Shown here in pieces: positions 50,401 to 64,000 of a DNA stretch of 64,000 nt. The notes beneath the pieces were generated by a model, which saw nothing but the letters and a program-made list of their open reading frames with translations, searched no databases and was not told the origin of the DNA. The stretch spans positions 85,250,001-85,314,000 of the forward strand of contig JBITNC010000001.1 in assembly GCA_050084985.1 (NCBI GenBank), given 5' to 3'. The translations under genes and the position numbers were made by a program. This stretch comes from Nageia nagi (lineage: Eukaryota; Plantae; Pinophyta). Each line of letters starts with the position of its first letter. Position 1 is the stretch's first letter.

Positions 50401-52604
50401 CAATAAACAAAAGATAAGAAAAATTAATAGATATGTTCCCGATTTTCCTCTAATTAGATCCAATAAATAAAAGATAAGAAAATATCTATTAAGCATCAAC
50501 CATTTTGAATTTGAAATTCGTATGGATTCTGGAGTGGTGATTTGGCATCTCTCAAGAATCTATCAGGATTCCATCTCCATTTTGAGGCTAAAAATTGGTG
50601 CATACATTGAGATTTAAATTTGTTGATTTATGAGTCTTGGAAGTGATGAATTTCAAATCTGCTACATCCATCAATCTCTCATGAGCATCTAGGAAGAGTG
50701 ATTGGGAAGCATTGATCTTGGGGCAAGCTAATAATCAAATCATTTCAAACTTTGTTCCTCCTATTAGAATAGTTATGTACCCATCATATTTCTCGACCTT
50801 ATTTTCATGTTCTATTTCAATAATAGGCTTATCTCATCCTATCATGCATACTAGCTTTCAAATCTTATCCTCTATGCTTGCAGGTTATGAAACACCTAGG
50901 GTGTTTCCATTTTAATAGAAAAATGCCCTTACATTTGGGGAATGACCCATGTTTTAGAAACACCTAGGGTTACTGTGTTTGGATAGTAGAGATAGTTTGG
51001 TTTTATCTTAAGATATAGATAGTTGCATTAAGTACCATCATCAAAAAATGAAATTGTTAGGTAATCTTTAGTATTTCTAAACACCACCTTGAGCTACTTA
51101 CATTTTAATCATTTGAGCTTTCAATTCAAAAGGATGGCTTGAAGAAACATTCTTAATGGTTTTTAATCAAGTTTGTTTTGTAGTTTATGTGTATAGGGTC
51201 TTGTCTAGCCTACACATACTAGTTAGATGTTCAAGTTTAAGCAATTTTAAAAGGGGTCACTATTATTTGAATTATTTTAGCATGCCTGATGGGAACTCCC
51301 TTGGTCTATTTTAGTAAGGAACCTTTTGCTTGATTCATCAATCTTATCTTTGTTTTTTGATTTACTAACAAAGTACAAGGATTCCATTACCAAGTAAGTA
51401 CCCCTCATTTTCATGAATTCATCTTTTGCAAATCTATGTGTTTTGGTTGTGTTATTTTTTTGTGTTTCAATAGTAAGAAACATAGTTGCATTTATTGAAG
51501 CATACCCATGTTTTAGAAATATAATCATATTTTTATTCGATTCCTAAATAGTTGCACATTTTTTGAGAGCTATCACATTTGAAGTGATTGCATTTTTGGG
51601 TAATCTTGGTGTTTACCAAATGGGACTACATTTCTTCTACAAGGTTCATCAAAATCAATTACATACATTCTCAAAAAATTTGACCTTTTTTCATCTCTTG
51701 TATTATCGCTTTTATTTTTTGAGTGTGTGTTTATCTTAGATTTAATTTTGGAGAGATTAAAAGGAATTAGGCTTTGTGATGCACATGTTGTGTTTGCTTG
51801 CTTGTTACATTTAAAACTTATTAGAAAACTCATGTAGAATTTTCTCATACACTGAAAAGTGATCTAAGAAAGGTTGTGGGAAGAAGTCAAAGAATATACA
51901 CACTAAATATTTACAATTTGGAGTATGCTCTCCCTTGGCATTGCAAAGTGATCTTGGGTGATCAGAAGATGTTGTAAGGAGGGAAAGAACCAATTCATTC
52001 AAATCACAGTTTCTTTCTCACTTGTGCACATACAAAAGAGGATCCTTGGATTTCATCACCAAGGCTTGTGCTCTTCACTAACAAGTAGATAAGTCCTTGG
52101 GATTTAATCACCAAGGACCTAGGCTATGCTTGGCCTACTCATCAAGATAGTATCCCCTAGGTTTGTGATGGACCTCACTACTAAATTCGATTAAAGTGAG
52201 AAATAGCCTTAGCACTTTCATTCTTTTAGGACTAGTCTTTGATCATTTTTAACTTACTTATTTAGAATCATCTTAGAAAAATAAACACTTAAACATTACC
52301 ATATAATATTATAGGGTTGTTGGATGAACTTGATCATATGAGAGTGCTTGCATTGGTGATTATTTCATTCTCTATTATTGTTTATTATTTATAAAAATCT
52401 CTAACTATAAGGTCAAACTAATCTTAATTTTGGATCCTTTAAAAAAAAATTTACACTGATAAAATGTGTCTACATTTTTGTAAATGCTATCACATTTTAA
52501 CACATATATAAAATGCTAATGCATTTCTATAGACTATCAAAACATACTTGCATTCCCAAAATAAGGAGCTAAAAAAAATTAGTTGTAATTTTGCTTCTTA
52601 ATTC

Positions 52605-55600
52605 ATGGTCCAAACCAAAAACTAGGCTTTACAAAATCCTAAAAATTTAGAATAGTCTACTCCTACTATGACCCAAGATATGGAGAATCCTACATAAGAG
52701 GATTCCATGGAATATTTTGAATAATATGTGTTAGCCAATGCTAAAGCTATACTTAAAGTACTTAAAGCTAAACAAGTTGCTAACCAAGCAGGATCTTTAG
52801 TTATTACACAACCTCTAACAAGCAATCCAACCCACATTGAATCTTTTTTTGACCCTCCAAATTTATCTTTTATTTCTACCACATCCTTGCAAAATGGTAT
52901 CATGATAGATTCCAATTTTGATCCAAATAATAAGAGACCAATATTCGTTGCTCCTTCTACCACTCCTATTGTGTCAAAACCCATATCTTCATCCTCCATA
53001 CTATCTACAATAGTCACCACTCAAATTCAAAATCCTCCATACATCCCCATTCCTAAAAAGATCCAAATCCCTCCACATTCTACCATCCTACAAACCCACA
53101 CAATCCACATTCAAACTAATACTCAACCAATCCATACTTCTCATGCATCCACCTTAGATCAAGCCAACCAACTTTTCTCCAATTTTTAAGATACCAATAG
53201 ATTAGATCCTTTTTTGGCTTCTACCCAAGCTATTCTTGATAGATTGCAAAATTTGAAGGTTGTTAACTAGGATCCAAACCATAACCAAACATATGAGCAA
53301 TTGTGCAATGAACCTATTCATCCTTCAGTTCCATATTATGCTTAGCCAAACAATTTTGTTCTTCTAAAGTTTGATAAATTTAAAGGTAAATAAGATCCAA
53401 AATATCATTTAAGAATATTCAAACATGAGTGCTATTTAATTAATGATATTGATCCTTTAATGTTGAGAATATTTCTTATGACCTTAAGTTGACAAGCTTT
53501 GGATTGGTATAATAGCTTAGGGAAACACTCTCTTCACACTTTTAATTAATTGGCAAATCTATTTCTTAATCACTTTTCCATTAATATTTAAATACAAACT
53601 ACCTTAAGTGGTTTGCATAATCCTAAACAATTTTTAGATGAACCAATTGCTAATTATGTGACAAGATGGAGAGCTATTGTTCATGAGCTTACATTTCCCA
53701 TACCTCAAGTTAAATTGAATCACCTCTTTTTCAAAATTTATGCAAAACATATTTCAAACACACTTCAAATCCAACACTTACCTTCTTCTAAAGAAGCTAT
53801 TATAATGGCAAAATGGATTGAATATGTGAATGTGCAAAATGGTGATGTTAAGCTCCAAATTAAGCAAGATAATCAAAAGAGGAAGGGAACTTTTCCAACC
53901 CCTCCTCAACCCCAAGTAAAATAAGTGACATTAAGCCAATCACCCCTTCCATAACCACCACCACCCACTAATTGATATCCAATACAAACCAAAGCCCAAG
54001 CTTAAGGTAACCTACCAAGGTCGAGACCTCCAAGGCCCAAGAGAGACTATACCCCTCTCCCTAATTCACTTTCTAATATTTTGTAAAAATGTTTAAATGC
54101 ATAAATTACTACAATTCTTAACATTAGACAAGATACAAATGTTCCAAAACCTATTTGGTATAGGGAGAATGATTATTGTGCTTTTCATAGAGCAAAAGGG
54201 CATCAAACTTATGAGTGCCACCACCTTAAAAATGTGATATAATATTTTCTTGAAAGAGGGGATCTTACACCGCCTAATCAAAATTTAAATATTTATAAGG
54301 ATCCACTCCTAAGGCAAAATCAAGTTTATGTAAATCAAGTAAACTATGTTAATAATCCTTCATTTCATAATTTTGTTAGTATGATCCATGTTGTTACAAG
54401 GAACCAAAAGAACACCCCTCCAAGATAAGACACCTCAATTTCACATCAAGATCTAATGCATAATTAAGAACACCCCTCCAAGATAAGAAACCTCAAGTTC
54501 ACATCAAGCTCCAATACATAATGATTATAGAGTAATACAAGGTCCAAGAGTTCCTACTCATAGACCACACCAAAGGCATCCTATTGTTACAATCAAATCT
54601 AGTATCACCCACTAATTGAAATCCTTACCAATAAAGATGTCCATTTTTTATTTACTTTAAACCTTCAATGCTCATAGAGATGTACTTATGAAAGTTTTAA
54701 AATACATTGAAGTGCAAGCCCAAGATGTATAAGCTTTTACCAATTTTGTGGGTCATGTGCAATCATGTGATTAAGGTGCTATAACCTTTTATGAACATGA
54801 GATTATTGGGTAAGGATTTCATGGATGCCACTCCCCTCTTTTCGTTATTAGTTTCATGGAGGGACAAATTTTAAAATAGTTTTTATTAATAATGGTTCAA
54901 GTTTAAATGTTATTTCTTCTTCAACTTTGAACTATATTACCATACCTCAAAGTAGTCTTTCCTCTTCCACCTTACAACTAAACTTTAAGTGATACTATTT
55001 ATACCACTATGGGCACTACAGTATTTACCCTCAAAGTGGGACCAAGAATATTGCATACTTTATTCCATGGCATTGAAGGAACATTACAATATAACCTCTT
55101 ACATGGAAGACCATGGATAGATCAAATGAAGTGTGTACCTTCTACATTGCATCAATGCATAAAATATATTCATGAAGGTAAATTAACATGTGTCAAAGCT
55201 AATCCTGCACCATTTTAGTATTCCAATTTTATTCATTCTTATGATGATTTCTTATCTTCTACACATCTTGTGCCTTTTGTTACACCTTCCACTTCTAATG
55301 ATGTGAATCCCAATGTTGCTACATCTTCTCACATTATGAATGATAATGTTGTCACTTCTTCTAATGTTGTTGTTCCTAGTGAGGTTCCTTCTAGTGGAGA
55401 GTCAAGTAGTAAAGCCATTATTTCATATACATTACCTCAAGTTGTAGAATACAAGTTGTAAAATCAAATTCTCAACTTGCCTATCATTCCTTCCCTTAGA
55501 GACATGGGATGTCCTTCAAGTTCTCTACCATAAAAAAAACTACATGTTAAAACCATATCTTTTTTTGAAGAGAAGAATATCATATCCACCACTCTTGAAA

Positions 55601-57895
55601 CTAGTAAGGAACCTCACCCTTCTTCTTTTACTTGTGTTCCTACTGAAAAATTATCTAAGTTTGTTTTTACTTCTCAATATTTTGATGAGACTTACGATTG
55701 GAAAGGTCAAGGTCTTGGTCAATTTGAACATGATATTGTTGAACCTATTGCTATTGAATCATGTTTACCCTTTGATAAATCTAATTTTGGTTATCAAAAT
55801 CAAGTTTTAATCATTAGTTCACCTCATATCATTTCATGTGAAAGAGAAACATCTATTCAAAAGCCTTTCTCTATCACTCAACTTCCTTGCGATGAAGTTG
55901 AGGAGGAGGTATCCTTAGAAAGTTTATTTGTCAATACTCTTTCCCATGAAATCTTTCCTACCATAAGCATTAGACCTATGTCACCCCCTTTCAATGTGTT
56001 AGATAATCCTTTGTTCTTTGATCAAGGCCTTAACACTTTTATGATTTTTTTCAACACTTCTTTCAACATGAACATGCCTCTTGAATATGACATTGCTTCA
56101 TCCCCTCTAACTTTCATGCTTAATCATGATTATGGGGAATTTACTCAAGAGTTTTCACATATTGGAGTGAAGGAATTTTTCCATGTCAATTTTTTCATGC
56201 ATGATCCTAGTGTTGTATTTGGCCATTCTATTTGCACTTTGTCTACAGATTTTTATACACCTTTGACATACTTTTCAGATATTGGATTGCATAGAATTCC
56301 TCTTGATGTTGATTATGTTCATTTTTCTCTTGAAAATGATCCTATTCCTCTTGACTATTTTTCATGTGATGAGTCTATAGTTGACCATATTCATGGCTAT
56401 GCTCATTTACCTTCATGTTATAAGGATATTTATCCTTCATTTTTAAACATGGATGCTTATTTTTGGCAATTTTATTCTACTTTTGATTCTTATGAGAATG
56501 TTATTTTAAATATGGAGGAATATTTTGATAAATACAATTCACAATATGAGGATGATGAACTTAATTTATTACCTTTACCTTCCCAATTGGATGACACTTC
56601 TCACATTTTTATTGAAGAAACAATTGAAGTTGACATTAGTGAAGATCCTAATACTCCTCATATTATATTACTTGGAAAGATATTAACTAAAGAAGAGCAA
56701 GAGTTATTCATTCTTCTTAATAAGTATATTAAAATCTTTGCTTAGAAATTTTTTGATATGCCAATATTGGATTTAGATCTTGTTGTTCATAATCTTATTT
56801 TTGGGAAAGATACAAAACCCATTGAGAAAAAATTAAGAAAAATGCATCCAAAATTGCACTCCTTGTTAAAGAAGAACTTTAAAAACTTTTGGATGTTGAT
56901 TTTATCACACCTATTGATTATCTTACATGGGTTTCTAATGTTGTTCCTATTGGAAATAAAATAGGTGGTATTTGTATCTGCACTGGTTTTCAAGATATTA
57001 ATAAAGCTTTTCTAAAATATGATTTTTCTTTACCTAGTATTTATAATATCATAGATGCAACAACAAGTCATGAAATTCTCTCACTCATGGATGGTTTTAG
57101 TGTCTATAACCATATTCATATTGTAAAAAATGATCAACATAAAACTGCATTCACAACACCTTAGGGAACCTTCTTCTATAATATCATGTCCTTTGGTTTA
57201 AAGAATGTAGGTGCCACATACCAACATGTCATGATGTATATATTTCATGACTACATGGTTCACATTGTTTAATGTTATGTAGATGATCTTTTGGAAAAAT
57301 CCAAAACTAAAGATACACACCTTGAAGTTCTTGCAAAGATTTTTGATAGACTTATTGTGCATAATGTGAGACTTAAGCCTAAAAAGTGTGTATTTGGTGT
57401 AAATTCTAAAAAATGTTTGGGTTAAATTATTTCAATAAGAGGAATTGAGGTTGATCATGCTAAAATTAAAGCTATAACTAAAATGCCTCTCCCTCAAAAT
57501 ATTAAAGAGATAAAAATTTTATCTAGTAAAATTAATGCAATCTGAAGATTCGTTGCCCAATTATCTAATAAGTGTAAACCCTTTAATCATATTTTGAATA
57601 AAGGAGTAAAGTTTGAATGGATACAGGAGCATCAAGAAGCCTTTGACCAAATAAAAAATATCTTTTATCTCCTATTTTGATCCCACCCAATCCCTCTAAG
57701 CCATTTCACTTATACATTTCTACTATAGACATTGCTATTGGAACCATGTTAGCACAAAAGAATGACATGAATAAAGAACAAGCAATTTATTATATATGTA
57801 GAACTCTTGTTCACTATGAAGTTTGTTATATCCATATTGAGAAATTATGCATTGCTATTGTCTTTGCAACATGTAAATTAAGACACTTTATGCTA
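52605..57895 (+). pseudogene. Gypsy Tat/Ogre gag-pol remnant (gag, protease, G-patch, RT, RNase H; integrase missing)
   Basis: MVQTK, KFDKFKGK*DP, CAFHRAKGHQTYECHHLKNVI, INNGSSLNVI, YNLLHGRPWI...VPSTLHQCIKY, WKGQGLGQFEHDIVEPI, LMDGFSVYNHI, FGLKNVGATYQ, YVDDL, KLRHFML. Confidence 0.9.
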
Positions 57896-60830
57896 AAATC
57901 CTTTGAGATACTTTATGAGGTTAATTCATGCACATCCAAATGGACAATATGGGATATGATGTGTAAAAAAATGAAAATCCAATTGGTCTTATCGAAATAT
58001 TTCAAACATTTTATTTTGCAATGGTCAAATTACAAAAGACCAAAAGGCTATAGAAAATGTTGGCCAATGATGTTAGCCCATATGTTGTGGTAAATTTGGA
58101 AATAAATAAATGAGAGAATCTTTTAAGGGCAACAAAATAAAGTAAAGTAGATTTTTAGAATTAATGTCAATTGAATGTTAGAGAATACAAAGTTACATGT
58201 TGAAGTCCAATGAATACTGCACAGCTTGATATCTCTCATTAAGTTAAATGATTAATTTTTATTTCCTAATTATTGACACAAATACCAAAGGTTTGACAAA
58301 TACATGGATTTATTTCAAGGTTAAGCCACTTCATAAGGTAAATCCACTCTCCAAGAGCAATACTAATTTAGGATAATAGTTTGTATGCTTTGTTGGGAAA
58401 ATCAATATCAAGATTACTCTACTTTTTGTATTAGTCATAGTTATCAAGGGAAAGAGCTCATTTTATTTAGAAGCCAATATAGTTCAACATAAATAGTGGG
58501 TTCAAGTTTACATACACTTATAAATTCATTTTATGTTTGACCAAATTTTTGAGGTATCAACGATTAGATTGTTACCATATAATTCTATTATTTTGGGTTT
58601 CTATTTAGAAATTTCTATCACAGACTACTATTATACTCTATTTATTTATGAACAGGGTAAAACCTATTAAGTCTACCTTGTTTGATATGTAAAAGGTTTT
58701 TGAGGTCCTTTCAAAACTTGATTTTCTTTATTATTAATATCAAATTTACCCATTGATTCTAATAAAAAATAGAAGGACTAGATCAGCATCCCTGAGAAAT
58801 TAAACTTCAATTACATTCATCCTTTATATATTTATGACCTGATGGATGTGGCATTATCACATAGGCTAACTCATTGTAGCAAAAAAATTTAAGGTGATTT
58901 TTTGAAAGGTGGCATATGTTGGAATTATTACTTAACCCTTCCATCATTACTACCTTTTCCATTTTCATCTCCATTTTAGGGGCATGCAGCTAGTTGCTAT
59001 GCAACATTGGGTAAGAGTAGCATGGTCAATTCGAGGAACCATAGGGAATTCTAAGGTGATAGGGAGGTCTAGGATATTTTGGGTAATGATGGTGTACATT
59101 GTTATATCATGAATTACCAAGGACATGATCCAATAATAGGAAAAATTATTATTTGTAGTTTCAACAATGGTTGACTGGAAATCAAATCTATAAGAGCCAA
59201 TTTAACTATGGGAGCCATTACAACATCGAATACATAAATGGTAGAATGTTTAAGCTAAATTCTAAGGTAAAATGGAAGGAAATTCAAGCATTCTTTTACC
59301 CAAGGGAAGAGATTACCAAGAAATGAATTGGGATAGATTGAGAGAGGATTCCTACATCTTGGAACTAGTTGGCCAAATGGGTCGCTAAATACTCTATGAT
59401 GGATGGGAGATATATCATCATCTTCGATCCAAATATCATTTTTCTATGTCATTTTAGGAAAGGGAAAGAGTTTCAAATTTGTTTCCCCTTCTTTTTGATC
59501 AAATCAATTAAAGTTTTTATGCAATAAATGCGTAATAGAAAAGAGAAGGAAATGAGATATTTGGATCTAATAACCCTTATGTATTGGAAGATGTTTTCTA
59601 AATCCCTAAGAAGTTATATTAGATTTAGCCATCCAATTGAAGGAGAGCCATCACAAAAAGCTTCCTTGTTGAAAACCAGTAAGGAAAAGAGAAAAGTAAG
59701 TAAATAGAAATTCAAACCCCTTTCAAAGTAGCAAAAAATAGGAAACAACAAAGTGATAACATGACTAGCTAGAAGAGAAGAAATAAAGGGAAGACTATGG
59801 CCTCAAAGAATCCTACTAAAAATCCTAAAAAGTGCTTTACTTCAACTCCCTTGAGCAGTAGGAGAATGGTCCTTTGCTATTAGAAAATTAAGAACAAGAA
59901 GGCTAAGGTTAGTGCAGAGGAAGAAGAAATTATACATGTTCAAGAGGAGAGTAATCTAAAGGAGGCCACTCTTGATCATGACCATCCTAAGGAAGGTAAT
60001 TGGCCCCCAACTTCTCATATTGAACTAGAGAACCTTGTTCCATCCCCAATCATTAACAAGGAAATATCTAATAAGTCAATCTAGAATTTGTTGAAGTCAA
60101 TCTAGAATTCACCTAAGCCATCTAAGCTTTATGCCAAGGCTTAGGAGGAAGTACATGAAAAAATATGGTCTAGCATCCTTAAAGTGAAGTAAAGGAAGAA
60201 TCACCTCCCCAAATGATGAGCTTGAAATTATAAATAAATACTAAATAGGAGATGAAGGAAGGGGAAAAAGATATGGAGGATAACATAATTGAAAAGAAAT
60301 AATTGAAAATTGAAGCTTAGTCCCAAGAAATAGAGGATGTTGAAAAATCCTAAGAGGCCCCTACTTCAATGATAGTGCAACAAGACCTCATCTAGATTAC
60401 AGGAATAATTCAGCCTAAGGAGGATAAATTTTTACCCAAAAAGATGATTGGGAAGGTGCAAAAAGGTCTATAAAGAAGGAAAAGATTGACAAGCCACTTA
60501 TCATCAAGCCCTTCACATGGGTCCTAGTGCAGAAACTAGTTCCAAAATTTAACTTTTCTATTCTTCAGTTTAAAGTGCAAACTACGGTTAAATAAAAGAA
60601 ATGCATAAGAAGGTAGCTTTTGTGAAAAAGAAATCGAGGTTTTTGTTAACTAGATTCTAGTTTTTAATAACTATGTTTTAAGGATATGTATGAATCTTTT
60701 TGGCTAGCACTAGGTATAGCTAGGTAGCAGTTTCCCATTATGGAACTAATTTTTGTGATCAAATTTTTTGGGGAATCAGATAAAACCTTACACCTTGGAT
60801 AATATAATTACATGTTATTATAAAATAAAA
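57896..60830 (+). mobile_element. LINE ORF2 C-terminal fragment followed by an extra-ORF remnant and A-rich tail
   Basis: HMLW*IWK*INERIF at about 58080-58125. 58790-60830 is colinear with 11910-13999 and reads RIPTSWN*LAKWVAKYSMMDGRY...FLCHFRKG...FPFFLIKSI. Confidence 0.65.
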
Positions 60831-62367
60831 ATTAACATAATGCTAAATGCGATACTTAATTTTAAAATCACTCTAAAGGGAAACATGTAAATCCTTACTG
60901 AGTCAACTCATACCTATGATATTAATGACCAATCACACCCTCTACCCTCATACAAAATTCTCCAATCATCTTTGATCTCTCACTCTTGCTCTTAGGTTTG
61001 TGATATAGTAATCTCTCTTCTATACATGTCGCTTCCAAGATCGAAAATCATTTAATTTGAAGCTTGTTTTTATCTATCATTCATTTCAATCTATTCACAT
61101 GCTTCTTATATTCGTTTGGTCTCTCATACTTGAATTTGGGAATTTCATTTGGTTATATTTCATTTGATGGATTTTTATAGAGAATCCTTCATCCTATTGC
61201 TCTATTCTTTTATTCTTGGTCATCCTTTTCTCCTACTAAGTGGTTTGCCTTTATGTTGAGATGTTTGTAAGAACTAATCTTATCTCATTGTAGAAGATAA
61301 ATATCAAAACTTACAAGCAAACCCGATTAACTAGCTAACTATGATTTCTCTTCAATTTTACATTTTGATTACTTTTTTATACATTTTTGTACCCAAAATG
61401 CTTTCATTCTCTTGTAGAAAATATACATCAGATTAAAATTATTTAAACATTTTACACAATAGTACACAAGTTTGAAACCTATAGTACTACTCAATCGAAA
61501 AATGTTTACTACACAATTTTTTAAAACTTGCAAAAGGTTGGTCTGAACCCCCAATTTGGACTCTTGGGGTAAATTGAGGTGAAATTTGTTGTGTTTGTTT
61601 GTTGCATGTTTTATTATTTTTCCCTCCAAATGATGTTTAGTAATAATCTTGCATGTCATTATCATCTAATGATAACTAAAGCTTTAGCTAATTCAACGAT
61701 TTATATTACTATTAATTTTTATTTTTACTTATGTTTATTTTAAATCTACATAGTCAACACTAAAAATATTGAAAAAATAAATAAAAAAGTTGTAATTCTT
61801 AAAATTTGTAATTCTTAAAATTTGTAATTCAACTACTTCACCTAAAAACTTGTAAAATATTTCCTATTTTAAAGACTTACAATTTATTCAATATCATCAT
61901 GATCAATAATTTAATAAAAAATAATTATTTATTATATATATTTAACTTAAAAGTAAACACACTACCAAAAAAATTGAAATATATTTAATAATAATAATAA
62001 TAAATTTATTTATTAAAGCATAAATAATGTTAGTATAATTTTAATAAAATATAAGAAATGCTAATAATTCTTAAAATTTGAATCAAAATTATAAGAAAGT
62101 AAAAATCTTTAATTTTTTTTAATCATCATTTATATCCAGAATTTCATTTTGCTGTAACAAACAAGCTACTTCAAATACAGACCATTTGATTATAATAATA
62201 ATAATAATAATAACTTCTTACACTGCAAAATACAGAATATGGATGTTATCTGTACTTGGAAATGATTAACAATCTTACAAACTTTGCTACTACTTGTCTA
62301 GGCTATCCAGCATAGAAAGAAAACGAGATACTGGAAAATAGTGCTATACTCAAAGCAGCTGTTGCTA
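60831..62367. repeat. Copy X3: uninterrupted downstream flank of RLP-B
   Basis: Equals 16430-17892 joined to 23276-23862, without the solo LTR or the LINE. Confidence 0.88.
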
Positions 62368-64000
62368 CTACTTTGGAAACCGGTAAACTCCAATTTGGCG
62401 CCAGACTTCTGATCCCAGCACCATATTTCTGATTTTGCCCATCCCAAAATGAGAGAGGTTGTCCCACCAAATCCAATCACAAATCCCGTTGCAAGACCCA
62501 TCACTGAGATGTTCTCATCCACACTCCTCCACACTGACCATGTCGACTCCTCTAGAGTATTAGGTTTTGCAGGTTTGTCGTTGTTTTGGTTGCATTTTGG
62601 TAAAGGGCGTCCGCATAGACCCTCGTTGTCCCTGAATGAGCTCTCGAAGAACGTCCAAAATTGAGTTCCAGTGGGTATGGGTCCAGAAAGCCTGTTTGAT
62701 GAAACGTCCAGGTACGCCAACTTGGACAAGTTTGAAAGCTCCTCGTGAATGCGGCTTCTCAGCTTGTTGTGAGACAAGTCCAACTGCTCCAGAGTCCATA
62801 TCTGTCCAATGCATGGCGGTATCTTACCCTCCAATAGGTTTCTGGACAGATCTAGTAAGCGCAGGCTACTAAGGCTCCCTATGCTTGCCGGTATATCACC
62901 TGTGAGGTTATTGCTTGACAAATCAAGGATGGTGTTTGCTTGCAGTACATAGTCGACAATGTACTCCTGACCTTTGATTACAACTATCACATCCTCGTAG
63001 AGGGTGTTGCCACTCACTTGGGGATCTCCACGGATTCCGAACCCAAGAAGACGCTCTAGCTGATTGGGTATTCTTCCCTGCAATGTATTGTTGGACAAAT
63101 CCAGCACTTGCAGGTGGGTAAGGTTGGTAATCCACGGAGGAATTCTGCCTTGAAGCATATTATACCCAACACTTAAAACTCTCAAAACCTGAAAATGTGC
63201 CAAGTAAGAAGGAAGCTCACCTACCAATCTATTTCTTCTCAGATCCAAAAGGTGGATCTGCGTACAATTGGCCAAGCCTGGAGGTAGAGGCCCAGAAAAA
63301 TTATTGTCGTGAGCAGACTAAACTTCCAGAGAAGAAGTTGAATGAATTACTTGACAGTTTTAGCCTCTTCAGAGATGTACAGTTGCTGAGTGAGGCTGGA
63401 ATCTTGCCTGACAAGTGATTACCAGTCAGTAGCAAATCTGTCATAGACTTACAGTTGCCTATTGATTCTGGAATCGTTCCATTGAGCATGTTTTGGGACA
63501 AAACTAACTGTTGCAGGCCAGTGCATTTGCCAATACCCTCAGGAATACTACCAGATATATTGTTCCGGAATAGCAGAAGCTGAGTAAGATTTTTGAGTTC
63601 ACCAATATTTTGTGGTATAGGCCCGCTCAAACTGTTCGAATACAAATACAAATTCTGCATGTTTTGGAGATTCCCGATTCCCTCGGGAATTGTACCTCTC
63701 AAATTGCTTCAGTGCAAGCCGAGGATTTTCAAATTTCGAAGGTTTACAATGCCTCTGGGAATAGTGCCTGACGAATAATTGTTGTGTCAAGAAACAGAGT
63801 TTCAAGCTTGGTCAAGTTAGCTATATTTTCGGGTATGGTACCCCTCAGCATGTTTGTGCCAAAATTCAAAAGGCTAAGCTCTGTCAGCTTTCCAATATCC
63901 TTAGGAATGGTTCCACTGAATTTGTTTGCTCCAAGATCTAGGTAACTAAGCTGGGTTAAATTCATGAAGATTGTATTCGGTAGTCTCTCTTTAAAACTAT
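62368..64000 (-). pseudogene. LRR receptor-like protein copy B (3' part; 5' end outside the window), frameshifted
   Basis: Nearly identical to 23863-25522. Relative to A it has a 1-bp deletion near 63785, a 26-bp deletion near 63337 and a 1-bp deletion near 62440. The homologous stop is at 62368-62370. Confidence 0.92.

Noticed and set aside
58470-58515. gccaatatagttcaa...gtgggttcaagt, a tRNA-like A/B box pair
   Set aside because: Too short, with no anticodon arm or acceptor pairing; may be chance.

Overview
AT-rich, CpG/CHG-depleted plant nuclear DNA. The repeat families and degree of decay suggest a large gymnosperm genome (inference). The only host genes are two paralogous LRR receptor-like protein (RLP) genes on the minus strand, about 38.5 kb apart, and both are disabled. 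Copy A (23863-26601) is complete except for one in-frame TAA at codon 307. Copy B (62368 to beyond 64000) has three frameshifting deletions. The rest is mostly nested transposons, with several borders readable from terminal repeats and target-site duplications (TSDs). (i) A pol-less Gypsy/Tat-like LTR element (1417-7142, TSD GTAAG) sits in a Copia 3' UTR. (ii) There are several L1-type LINE pieces, three of which end in an extra conserved ORF before the poly(A). (iii) A three-tier nest lies upstream of RLP-A: a Tat/Ogre Gypsy element (from 29414) has its LTR split by a 20-kb Sola2-like DNA transposon (30041-50102, 32-bp TIRs, TSD TCAT), which in turn holds a full-length Copia (38850-47429, TSD TAACT). 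The Sola2-like element is the most unusual object: it carries a spliced DDD transposase, a convergent multi-exon second gene of unknown family and a tRNA-Lys-derived cloverleaf between them. All calls come from reading by eye; no searches or alignments were run, and borders without TSD support are approximate.
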